Assembly: GCA_040954595.2 (NCBI GenBank)
Contig: CM082592.2
Span: 11,503,912-11,567,911 of the forward strand
DNA from: Balanoglossus misakiensis
Lineage: Eukaryota > Animalia > Hemichordata
Length of the DNA stretch: 64,000 nt
Direction: 5' to 3'
Shown here: positions 10,946 to 23,068 of the stretch, piece after piece
Layout: each line of letters begins with the position of its first letter
Position numbering within the stretch: position 1 is the first letter of the stretch
Position numbers and translations under genes: made by a program
The notes under the pieces: generated by a model
Told to the model about the DNA's origin: nothing
The model's input: only the letters and a program-made list of their open reading frames with translations
The model's database searches: none

Positions 10946-13900
10946 ATGTTAAGGTCAGCTATGTCCACTGTGAAAATCTGCGTGGTCGGTGCAGGTGTCT
11001 CTGGTTTGTCAACAGCTGTGAACATCATCGAAAATATTCCTAATGTGCAGGTTACTGTACTATCAGAGAAGTTTACCCCCAACACAACCGGAGATGTTGC
11101 TGCTGGCATATTCGGACCAAGGCCGCTTTTTTTCGGAAACACGGATGAATCGTTGCAAAGGTAAGGAAACCGATTTTTTGTCAACTGCCAGGTGTGCACA
11201 GGGTAAGAGCTAAGGTGTCCTTCCTACAGCTTTGCTTCAGGAGGGAGGGAGGGTGGAAGAGGGAGAAAGGTGGAGGGCGGGAGAGACAGATGGAGAAGAT
11301 GGGGAGAGGAACAGAGGTTGCTACTGGGAGAGGGAGACAGAGATGGAGAGCAAGGAGAGAGATTGCCCTTGCTTACTGAGAAGTTGCCAAAAATGATACC
11401 TACTCTGCTTGTTGGTGATGTGACAGATCAAACTTGATCTCAAATGATAAAGGCATAAAAATGTAATAAAATCACTATCAGTGTCTGCAAATTCTTTCTT
11501 ACCCACTGTACTTGTCTACTTGTCTATTTCCTTCTTTTCTCTTGTTGCCATGGTGAAAATTAAGGGCTTGGTTTGAGTCTTCCTTAAAGCATTTTGAGTC
11601 ACTGCTGAAGACAGAGTATGCTGGAATCTTGGGACTGGAATATGTGACAGGCTATTTTCTAAGTCACAAACCAGCTGTAGACATCAGTAAGGTCAGTCAC
11701 ACATTGACATTGAGTCCTGCGAAAAAAGAGAGCACAATATGAGTCTGATTTGTCAAGTATACATTTACATCTTACTGTTTCTCTAGAAGGGTACCATGTA
11801 CAATTTACCTAGTTATTATTCTCTTTTTACAGAAATTGTCCTGGTCAGATTTAGTCTACAATGTCCAGGCACTCTCACAGAAAGAGATGGATCTCTTCCC
11901 AGGATATCAGTATGTAAATATTGATTTATTTAAACACCATATATAATTGCAGTGCAGACACATGTACATAAACCACAACTTCAAAGTCTGTTCATCACAG
12001 TTTCTAGAATAACCTTGCCTACACTGACCACCTTTCTCTCCAGTTACAATCTTTGTCTCATACCCCTGGCCAAAGACAACAGTTACACTATTCTCTCTGA
12101 AATGGTCCTGCATCTATGTGTTTTCTCTTTAGAAGTGGTGTTGTTTTTACAACCGTTCTTTGTGATTGTAGGAGGTACCTGCCATGGTTGATGGAAAGGT
12201 GAGTGAGATCTTTTTGTCAAATTAAGCATTCAACTTAAGTTGAATTCATTATTTCTCTGATCTACTAGTAACTCTGCAAAACCATTGTGGCTGAGACACA
12301 GTTGTTATTCACTTGTTGGCATTTTCAGATTTGAAAAAAATGGTGGAAAAACTATCCAGAGGAAACTGGAAGCAATTAGTGACGTAAGTTTGGTATTTTT
12401 CACTGATTCTGTAGTCTATTTCCTGCCACACAATACCCAAGGACCAGTGGGAAGGATCTTGAGTACTTGTCTGCAGACAATTGTGGCCAACAGAATTCGG
12501 ATGTACATGTTGTATTATTATTATTATAGGACCAGCAGATTCCAAAAAATTTATATACATGTAAATTTAATTTCAGTTATGCGAAGAGTATGACATTGTG
12601 ATAAACTGTTCAGGAATTGGAGCCAGACATCTTGTCAATGACACTTCATTGCAACCAGCCAGAGGGCAGGCTATTAGGGTAAGAAATACACATCACTCTC
12701 TGAAATCTGACACATGATTGAAATGAATTCATCTACTGGGTAAACTTTGAAATATAAGATTAAGACATGATTCTGTTTCCCTCAGCTGAATTGATAAATT
12801 TTAAGAGGGTTTCTTTCATTTGTTCCCCATATCCAACTAACAGGTCTCTGCTCCATGGATTAAAAATTTCATCTTGACAGATACACATCCAGAAACCTAC
12901 ATTGTACCAGGGTAAGTAGTCTCTCATTTTGATTGGCTTCTTTGTAGGTCACATGCCTGTCACATGTCTATTATATGATCTGTCATGTGTTTCAGGCCAT
13001 ATGATGTGTATTTGGGCGGCACATTTGAACTTGGAAACTGGAATACACAAGTGGATGACACGGACAAAGAGAGAATTCTACGAGAGTGTCGTAAGCTGGT
13101 GCCCAGTCTAAAGGCAAGTACATTGTATCAGTGTCCTGGTGGTATTTTATGTCATTGTCTAGTATTGCGATGGATGGTGAGAATCCATGTGCGTCTTGTA
13201 TTCAGTGACTGGTGTTAATTTGAGCACATTTTGATCAAACCAATCTTTGTGTGTTACAGAATGCCCAATTCCTCCACGACTGGGTCGGTTTGAGACCAGT
13301 CAGACCAACTGTACGGGTTGAGAAAGAGATTATGAATTGTGGAGATTCAGAACTAAAGGTAATTTGTTAGAATACATTCTCAAAGTTTGTGTGCAGACTG
13401 GAGTGCCTTCTGGATAAGTCTTGCAGACTGATGGCACTGACCGGTTTCATATGGTGTCTATGCTGTAAAACTAGTCTGTGTGTTTGTTACTTAGATCAGT
13501 TATCCAGACTTCATGCAAGACATATTTCATCTTATCTGGACATTTGCCCGTGCATTTGTTGATACTCTGTGACCTACGTCTACGTCATGTCATTTTCAGC
13601 TGCAAGCTTATCATTTGTAGTTTGACACCTGTCAGGGAGTTGATTGTTCTCTGAAAGTAACCCTGGCAGGAAATCATACCCTACCCAGATGTTATAATCT
13701 CATTTGTGCTCAGGTTTCTTGCTGGATAAAACTCAGTGTTTGCCTATGAAATAAATTATTGCCTTTACAATTAACTTATGACATTCAATTACTTGAGCTA
13801 TTAAGGGGCTGTCGATAGATGAGGCATGCACACAACAAATGTGACTAATGCCAAAGCACATAATTTTATGGAAACTGTTGATAGTTTTCTGTATGTGAAT

Positions 13901-14058
13901 GTCTCATGCATTATTTTATTTTTATTTCTTTGCAACAGGTAGTACACAATTATGGACATGGAGCCAAAGGAGTAGCATACAGCTGGGGTTGTTCTCAACA
14001 TGTTACAAAGCTAGTCAAGGAACTCTTGTTAGACAACTCTGTTGAATCAAAACTTTAA
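10946..14058 (+). CDS. D-amino-acid oxidase / D-aspartate oxidase family flavoenzyme, peroxisomal
   Basis: FAD motif VVGAGVSGLSTA and TTGDVAAG. Exons ~10946(or 10961)-11160, 11565-11691, 11833-11909, 12132-12198, 12329-12383, 12577-12678 (INCSGIGA..RGQ), 12844-12911, 12996-13113, 13260-13358 (GLRPVRP) and 13939-14058 (VVHNYGHGAKG). C-terminus ends in PTS1 -SKL*. Confidence 0.95.
11240..11362. repeat. GA-rich low-complexity tract in oxidase intron 1
   Basis: Purine-rich GGAGAG/GAGACAGA repeats. Confidence 0.7.
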
Positions 14059-14205
14059 ATAAATTTATAAAACAAAAACAAAACACACATCAACAGCTTG
14101 GCAATGGAAAGTCTCATTTTTATTCTGGCAACAAAAATGGGTATATTATACAAAAGCAAATAATCACTATTTTACAATCACTAGTATTTTGTTTTTAAAG
14201 TACTA

Positions 14206-15508
14206 TCATTCTTTTTCCTTGTCCATTAGTTCTGATAAATCTATTCTTTCAAGTGGTTTGTTATCTGAGGGCATCGTGAATTTATCTGACTGCAGGTCAG
14301 CTTTATCTGCCATATCCATGGCTCTCTTCATCATAGTGCTTATTTTAGGATGTGAGATTGGCTGGCTTCGTCTTCTGTTTTCTTGTTCCCAGAGTCTTGC
14401 CTCTTCCTATGAATGGAAAAGAAACATTGATTACAAAGACCATTTATTATTTAGTTTTCTCATTTATTCAGTTTCTGCTGCCATACTTGATCATAACATA
14501 ACACAATATAATGTGCATATGTATGTTGTGGTACTTTGTGCCCAGTTTGGTCTACTGAGAATGAAAGAAATCAAGTCTGAATGCAGATGTGCAATACTTA
14601 CTTTAGTCCTATATTGCCTTTTCTTTCTTAGTGTAAGTCCTTCTTGCTGTAATGCTTCTGCTGTTGACTGAAATAACTCTTCTTCTGAAAGATCACTTTT
14701 GCTGTTCTCTAACTCTTGATATTTTTGAAGAAACCTGTAACATGGTGTCCTTTTAACAGAACTGGGGTCATGTAGATCTATTGCTTGTTGACTTCCATAT
14801 ATTTCATAAAATTTTCTGTAAGATGAGAACAGTATAGCACATTACTCTCCAAACAGAGGAAGAAAAAAAAACATTCTGTGGAACACAAATTTGTCACAGA
14901 AAAGTGAAATGTTGACTTACGCTCTTATTTTGTCTTCAGGGTAGAGAATTTGTGGCAAAGGACGTTTATCTACTTTTCTGTGAAACAGAGGTTCATCAAT
15001 TGGCGGAAAGGCTTCCATAACATCATACCATACTGGTTTATTTTTCTCTGTAATAACACCAGCTCGAATCAAATTTCTCACACTGCAAACGAAGAAAGCA
15101 AGTATTATTAGTATTTGCAAGTAAAAGCCACCTTAGTGTAGAAGTGGATACAAGAAAATAATTGATGGAAATGGAATGGCAAAAATTGTTTCATATATAA
15201 CAATATGTCGCAGGTTTGACCTCAAAGCACACGCAGCTAATTAACCAAAACAAACGCTTAGTATTGTATGCCCGTTGCCCGAGGACTTAATGCCCTAGGT
15301 ATGAAAGTTTCACGTGTGTGATTCAGACACGAAAAATCAGTGTGCGTTTATATAACTGCCGCAACACGTGAGCACAACTAAAATGAGTCTGCTTCTATGA
15401 TAATTATTCCGCCTTCAGGCTAACCCTTTGCATGGTTAAAGAACGAATGAAACACACTCACCGTGTGAAGATAGTTCCTAGCTTTTCGACTCGACTGAGC
15501 CCCGCCAT
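14206..15508 (-). CDS. MRPS23: 28S mitochondrial ribosomal protein S23 (mS23)
   Basis: Exon 15462-15508 (MAGLSRVEKLGTIFTR) and exon 14921-15082 (VRNLIRAGVITEKNKPVWYDVMEAFPP..ILYPEDKIRA) match the MRP-S23 N-terminus. Further exons ~14601-14815 and 14206-14406; TGA at 14206-14208. Confidence 0.93.
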
Positions 15509-15852
15509 CTTGAATTTAAAGTTGCGGTCACGTGGTGCATGGGTGGTCGATTTCTTCAAAAGGATGTTTTTTTAAATACTTGCATTACATTTTAACTATA
15601 CTGTTGGTTACGTATTCATAATTTGATGGGGAATATTTTCTCAACATGAAGAACCACCGAAAATAACAGAACTCTGAAATCTCGCAATAAATGAGACTTC
15701 AAGTCATTGACCCCGAGGTCCGAGAGTTAATAGTCCGGCTGAGGTCGCCCATGTCCGTATCTGTTGTTTGACAGGGTTGTTGATTGCATCGCGACATTTC
15801 TAGCTTATCGTAAGCTACTGTTGGAATTTGGAAGCCCTGTTTCGATCCACCG
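15503..15852. promoter_or_regulatory. bidirectional MRPS23/CUEDC1 promoter and CUEDC1 non-coding first exon
   Basis: CpG-rich patch with a YY1 motif (CAAGATGGCG) overlapping the MRPS23 ATG and an E-box GTCACGTG at ~15527. A + strand donor CACC|GTGAGT lies at ~15852. Confidence 0.6.
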
Positions 15853-16690
15853 TGAGTGTATCTAGGAAATCGCTTGTCTGATGGCTTACTCACTCTAATG
15901 TCCATTGTCTAGATCACCAGACATTGGTGTATTGGCCGTGAAACTGGACGTGTGTCGAAAAAAAAAACAGTGATCAGTGATCGAGAAATAACTTGTTTCC
16001 GTGACGCGTACAACACAACTTCATCTTGACGTTGTTTTGGAGGTGGGTATTTATACATGTATGATACAGTAAAATATTTTCATTTTGTGGAAGGCGTGAG
16101 TTTATTTACAAGTTTATTAAATTGATTCAGCGATGTGTTATTATCTGCACCCAAACACTACCTCGAAATGTTTATTTTTTTAATGACAGAACCCGGATAT
16201 GTGTATGTTTATGTCAATATCAGTTGAGAAATCCGTATTCCAAGAAGGACAATATAGAACAATATTGTTTTCATTACCCCACAAATACTGCGACTGATAA
16301 TTAGCTCTGTATGCATTGTGTACACGTGTAAGACACATAAACCATACTTTCATTTAGATAATTATCTCTGAATTATGAATATATTAATTTTATGTTAATT
16401 TTAATGTGTGTTTCTCATTAGTGGACCTTCCATTATATCTCATTAAATCTATCTTTTATCTTTCTTTTCAGACTTCCAGGAGACCTTGTACAATGAATAC
16501 ATAAAGAAAGTTCTATTGCTCATCACAAGGTGTAAATCCACAAATATAATACAAATATCAAGCAGATATTTTCCCCAGGCTGTGAAAAAATACCTAGTGT
16601 ATTTCACATATTCATCAACCTTCTTTGTGTTACAAAAAACACCTGTCACATTTGAAATTTACTTGAAACGTTAGCAATTTCACTGTAACC

Positions 16691-19600
16691 ATGGCAATGG
16701 CACCAGAGTCGCACCCACCCAGCACAGGAAAGAACAAAAAGAGTAAATTTCGTCGGAGCTCCAGTGGACCTACAAATAATGTTACAGCTAACAATATGGT
16801 GTCCCCTCCAAGTAAACAGTTGGAATTTCATCAGGCTATGACAGATTTCAAGGTATGGTGCTGAGATCTTTACAATTTGTGTCAGGAGATTAGCAATTAA
16901 GACTAGAAGGTCTGAGCAGTGTGGACAAATCATGTTTTTAAATGTAATAAATCATTGGCATTCTTGCTGAAGCTTACAATTGTGTAAAACTACATGAATT
17001 TTGAAAGCATCTTAGTGAATTTTCTGCCATTAACAACTGCTGCATTATTTGTTTGTATACAGACCATGTTTCCAAAGATGGATCATGATGTGATAGAAGC
17101 TGTTCTCAGAGCAAACAATGGTGCCGTGGATGCAACCATTGATCAGCTGCTTGTGATGAATGTTGACATGCAGCAGGAAGATACACGTCGAGGTTTTGAA
17201 GATGATAATGTCATCCCACCTGAAGTAAGCTCCTTTGGTATACCGTATTTATTCTGCATAACATCTGTGTCCATGTATTTTTTAGGTTCAATGAGCCACG
17301 ACCTTATTTTAATACCGTATTCCGTCTATTGATCTATAAATAGAAATTATGCGTTGCTCACAGCGTTTGTTATTGTTCAGAATATGTATGACTTGTATTC
17401 ACATATCAGTTAATAAGTTGAGCTCTACTGCTTAAGTGGGACAGAAAATATTTTCTCAGAGCTTTTGGGGAAGATTTCATCGATAACGTAAGTGATTAAC
17501 AATATTAACAGCAGAAACTATGGATTTTGTTTCAAGGTTTTTGAACCAACATCTGATGATGATGAGCCTCCACCTGCATACACTCCTCATGCAAACTCCA
17601 GATCACCTTCACATCATGATGACCCCACACCTCCATACACACCACCGGCAACAACGATGACCTCAGCAGCACCGGCGTCACCCCTGGCAACCACATCACC
17701 CAACAGACAGTACAGACACTGGAACCCTCCAATGCTTGGGTCATTACCCGATGATTTCCTGAGGGTGGGGATAGGATCACCACCACCTTCGTCTCCACAG
17801 GTAAAGTAAATTAAGGATATTGACCATGACTTGATGCACTGACCAAGGATTGCAATACAGCTGGTACAGCCCTCATTGACAGAAAATAGAAATGTCATCT
17901 GATTGTATGAGATACACAGCTTGTCAAAACAAGGTTCACTCAGAAGGGAAAAAATGTGTTGTTTCAAAGAATGGAATACCAGGCTATCTTCTATAAACAT
18001 GGTGTCGGGGAGTACAACATGAAACGGTAGTTGTCACAGTTGATACACAAGACAAACATACTGAAAAGAGCCTCTTTTCAAATTCAGCCCATGGCAACAG
18101 CAGAGCTGCAGAAACAGCTGGACCAAAACCGACAACAGAGAAGTGAAATCGACAAAGACGATGTAGAGATGCAACAGAGGCTGGATGATGAACAATTGGC
18201 CATCATGCTACAAAACGAAGAGTTCCTCAGAGAACTGCAGAGAAGCCCGGAATTCATTGCTTCACTAGAAAGAGGTGGGATTTCATTGCATGGTGTTTCA
18301 GTATCTGGTGAGGTTGCTGACGGGGAAACGTACATTACAAATTTGATATTGGAAGTGCACATCTGTAAAGTTTTATAGTCATGTTTCTTTTGCATTTTGT
18401 CTATCCTCGCACTTATTTCCATCTGAAATATAATCTGAATCCAATCAACATCTGTTCACCCAATAAGATTCATATTCATGCATGAATTACTCTTGAATGA
18501 CTTGCCATTGTTTCTGTCTGTAACTTTATCATGATATCTAGACCAGAGAGCAACTCTTGGGGGCGGTACTTCTTCTCTGTCTTCCCATGATCCTCAGTTT
18601 GGCATGGGAGCACACGGTGCTACAGCAGGTGCATACGGCACCAGTCACCATGGTAACCAGGTGGAAGATGCAGATTTTAAGGACAAGTTGTCACACATGG
18701 GGAAATGTAAGTTGAGTTTTTTTCATCTGCTTCTTTTTTTATCTCTTCTGCTGACATTGTTCAGGTGATAATGATGCAGGTTTGTACATATTTAAACAGA
18801 TATGAAGAACCAGTATTTGTTTCAAAGTGCATATCCTACAAGTCGATTAACATGTCTTAAATATTTTGCTTGATAAAATAGACAAGTTGCCATACATGTG
18901 AAGACAGTGAAGATTTAATCTGTTAATAATTTTGTCATTTTTCCAGCTACTAAAAAGAAGTTTGCGCAGCTGGCGAAGAGATTTCAGAGAAAAAAGAAGA
19001 AGAGTGCCAAGGCCAGGTATTCTTGGAGTTTTGTGATGTTTCCATTCATTTTTACATCATTGCTGGGTAGCTGAGTTTTCAACACACCAAAACTCACTCT
19101 ATATAGATTTGTTGACCTTAACCTCTGCCTTTAGTCTACAGGAATCAGCTGCTGCACCCTCGACAGCAAATTTGTTGGATGATTTAGATGACGAATTTGA
19201 TGATGATGATGAAGAAGAAGAAAGACAGAGACGGGAAAGACTGTCACAGGTACAAGTTTTTCCCTTTTCTAGTTAGTATTCTTGTGATGCATTATAGCAA
19301 AGTCAAAAGTGGTACATAGCGTTTCACCAGTAGAGGGCGTTGTTTCAGATAATTACAACATATACGCAAAAAATATGATTTTTTGCACTATTGCACCAGT
19401 GCATCTTGTTCGACTGAAACACTAACACTACTAACAGAGAAAATGCGACATTTCCTTATTTTTGTCTCCTGACACTTTCGCTGACACGGAACATTTTCAC
19501 TGAGAGCAGAACAGGAGGGTTAGGAGTGGTAATGTAGAACCCATTGTGTTCTACAACGAAGATGACAGTTATCCATTGCACGATGAGGTCAAATTTCTTT

Positions 19601-19838
19601 TTCTCTTATGGTTGTGGTGCCTGGTGTGTAATTCAGATCATCAATTTTTGATCCAGATGGAGGGTTGGGGGTGATTCATTCCCTGTTGTTCATCATGCAG
19701 ATGAATGTCATGTTTTGTTGTGTTTACTTACAGGGCGATGATGACACCTTACCAAGCTACCAGATTCAAAGGTCACCTTACCACCAGGGTCAAGTTCTCA
19801 CCTTGAACAATGATCGCAACAACGAGGCAATAGTGTAA
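16691..19838 (+). CDS. CUEDC1: CUE domain-containing protein 1
   Basis: ATG at 16691. LEFHQAMTDFK|TMFPKMDHDVIEAVLRANNGAVDATIDQLL (CUE domain), WNPPMLGSLPDDFLR, DEQLAIMLQNEEFLRELQ and DADFKDKLSHMGKSTKKKFAQLAKRF. Exons ~16691-16852, 17063-17224, 17538-17800, 18089-18275, 18542-18706, 18947-19016, 19135-19248, 19510-19587, 19734-19838 (TAA). Confidence 0.94.
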
Positions 19839-22800
19839 CCATGGCAGTGTGCATAAAAATGGGAATTCTCAACCAATCAGGACATTGGAAACAATCCTGA
19901 AAACATGGCTGCAAGAGTAAACTTGATTGTGATTGGCTGAGGTTCCCTAAAGAATATTTGAAATATGCAGGGTGCAAAATGGATATTTACATTTGTAGTA
20001 GGTTTTCACCTTGCCAGAAGGTTCTTGAAAGGTGGACTGAGTGTGAAATAAAGTTTTAATTTCTTGTCTTCTTAAATTTGAAACTTGATCAATGATTGTG
20101 TGGTGAAGAAAATATGTCACAAAATATTTAGCTTGGACATTTTAGCGGTGAAAAGGCATGTTACACTTGTGTTGGGTTGAATTTCATGCACAATATGGGA
20201 TCTACCTGAATTTACTTTTAATATCATAAAAAGTGCCTGATTTTTGTAAGCGCCTCTTCTGTGATAAAATATTCACAGTGCTTCTGAAATGTGCTTCCAT
20301 ATTACTTCATTATGACTAAAATTTCCATTATTACATTCAGTTATTTACCTGAGAAATGCACATCAATAAACTGTAACTTATTAGAGCTGAAAAGAACAGA
20401 TTTAAAAAGTACATAAAAGCCTTTAAGCGTTTTTGTCAGATAGAAACCTTGGTCAGAAGATGAATTTTATGTATTGTGGTTCCTTTAAAAATCTTGGCAG
20501 TTTTTATTCAGTGCATGGCTGTGGATAAAATGGCTGATTTTGACCTTTTACTAGCTTGTGACCTTTAACCTTCGAACAAAAGCAGTGCAAGAAATGCAGT
20601 TAGGGCAGCAATAATTGCCTTGTTTACTAAAATTAAATCCCTGTGCTTCACTGAGTAAAATAATGTCCAGCAGCTTCAGTTATCAAAAACCTTTACTTTA
20701 TTTAAGTCATTTTTGTGCTTCCGATACTTTGTATTATTTGCATGTACTATGTTAGAGCAATGGGATTAAGAGATCAGGAAAAAACAAAAAATTTACATAT
20801 TTAATAACAAATTTAAGATTAAATATACCTATGAAAAGTACTTTTTGTCAGAGATGAAATCATGTGACATACTCTAGATTTGAATGGTGCCTCAGCTATG
20901 ATACTGATGAGTGAGAATGCCTAAATATGTTTACCAACAACGAAAGTAAGAATGCTAATAGTTTATGAATTCATCACATTGTACCATCACCTTGAAATCA
21001 CCATTGACTTTCCAGCCCGTTTGTGAAATATTGCCACTTGAATTCAAGCTAGTTCCTGGACAACTTTGCAGCTTAATATGTGCATTTTCGTCAACTCACT
21101 GTCTCAATACTTACAGAAAATAAAACAGATACCTGGTGGTTGTACAACATTAAAATGGTCAAGTTTCTGACATAAAAGTGTCACAATTGTATCACATTTT
21201 TTCATATTTATCAGTTGGGTCTTAATTCACCATACACAACGGTTTGATTATGGAGCATGTGCATCACTTATCACGGAAACAAACATGTTAGATACTTGCA
21301 TATCCTAGAAACAGATGTATATAATTATTTACGTTCAGAACTTATTTTGCTCACCATAGTGACCAACTCGTGTATTATTTCAATGAAAACTATACTTTCA
21401 TGTAAGAATTGGTTGTATTAAGGAGACTCTATTAAATTATGTCTGCCATGTGAAGGAAAACATTTTATTGTATCAATGATTTGCTTGTATTTTCAGTAGA
21501 TTTATTTTACTTAGTAATAGTCGTGTCCTCGGTTAGGATTTCGTTGAGAGATTTTTTAAGTGGTAAGTTATATTCTTGTGTACTACTCTGAATTTTTGTT
21601 TTTTTGACATGCTTGGTTGTTCCATAATGCTGTAATATTGATATGTTATTCTTCATTTATCCCCCGTTAATTTGCAAATACAATACTGTTTTAGTATAAT
21701 GTCTTCACCTTCTAATGTTTATATCACCTGCCCACCACAGATGAAGGTCTGGGGTGGTGTAATGGTGTTCTATTACTCTAAATTTTCATGGGCCCAAACC
21801 ACTGGTTGACTGAAAACATGGCTCAAAAAGACTCTCCCAGCACAGCCCAAATGCAATGTCACTTGCCCTGTGTGTACTCATATGATTTCCAGCTACAAAT
21901 AGAAATGTTTATCGTCTAGGAAAAGTCATGACTTACCCTGTCAGTGCGTTGTCCTATACCATGCAGTCTTCGCCTGGCCTCATGGTAGCCCAGCCCACTG
22001 CCACGCCCACTTCTTGCACGTTGCACATTTGAAATATCCGCTAAAAGTGTCGTTTACGGCACACTTGCTCAGATAATAAGTTTACTCCACCTTGTTTCCA
22101 ACCGGACTCCGTATTTATGGCAATGGCAAAAGTCTAACTTTTTAAATACTTGTACGGCACACGGTCACTCGACGCGACGACGAACTACACTTGCCTTGTC
22201 GATGTCGTCTGCAGGTGACCACCGGAACTGAACATTGACCTATGACGTAAGAAGCTATGCATCATGGGATATCCAGAAAATTTTTCTTAATATTTATTAA
22301 CATTACGCTAATAAAATTCAACTTCAAACGTACATTTTATTCACCAAGACTACCTAAAATGAATGATGCATCATGTGTCGTACTAATCTATATACGATAA
22401 AGGTATACTGTTACTCCCTCTGGTTGCTATGCAATCTGCCATGACCAGTAAAGTAAAATGCACACTTGTTAGAGTTAAAATGTTATGCGGTTTCAAGGAA
22501 ATAAATGTACATTATTACAGCGACATTCTTTGAGTGTTGCCGGAAACTGACAATATGCCGCCGTCGGCTATTTGAAAAAAATACCGTTTTCATTTCAATG
22601 AATCTTCGATCACGGTTTATTTTACCAAGTTTTCTTCTGTAGTAGGCCTAGATGTAAATCAAAAGAGCGAAACACGCACCCGCACACCCGGTAATAAACT
22701 CTTGTAAAAATCGACACTGGTAGTATTAATATTTTCGAAGAATGCGGACTTCCCTTCCGGCAAAATTAAGTCAAAAGTCCTGAGATACAGGACATAGTAA

Positions 22801-23068
22801 ATACATTTTCTTGTATCTCGTCAAAAAAGTGCCGTTTCAAACTAGCATTTACAGAGTAGCGAAATTGCAAGCAATGAAAATAAATTATGAAAATAAATTA
22901 ATAGTTAAATTATCGAATCATATAATTGGTCACGAGAGGCTACATAAATAAGTTGATTTTTTTCAATAACAATGTTCATAGAACATGGTCAACTAAAATA
23001 AATAATTTTGCTGCTATTCGCTTGGCAAATAGAAACATCACAACACAAACATAATTCTGCGAATTGTT

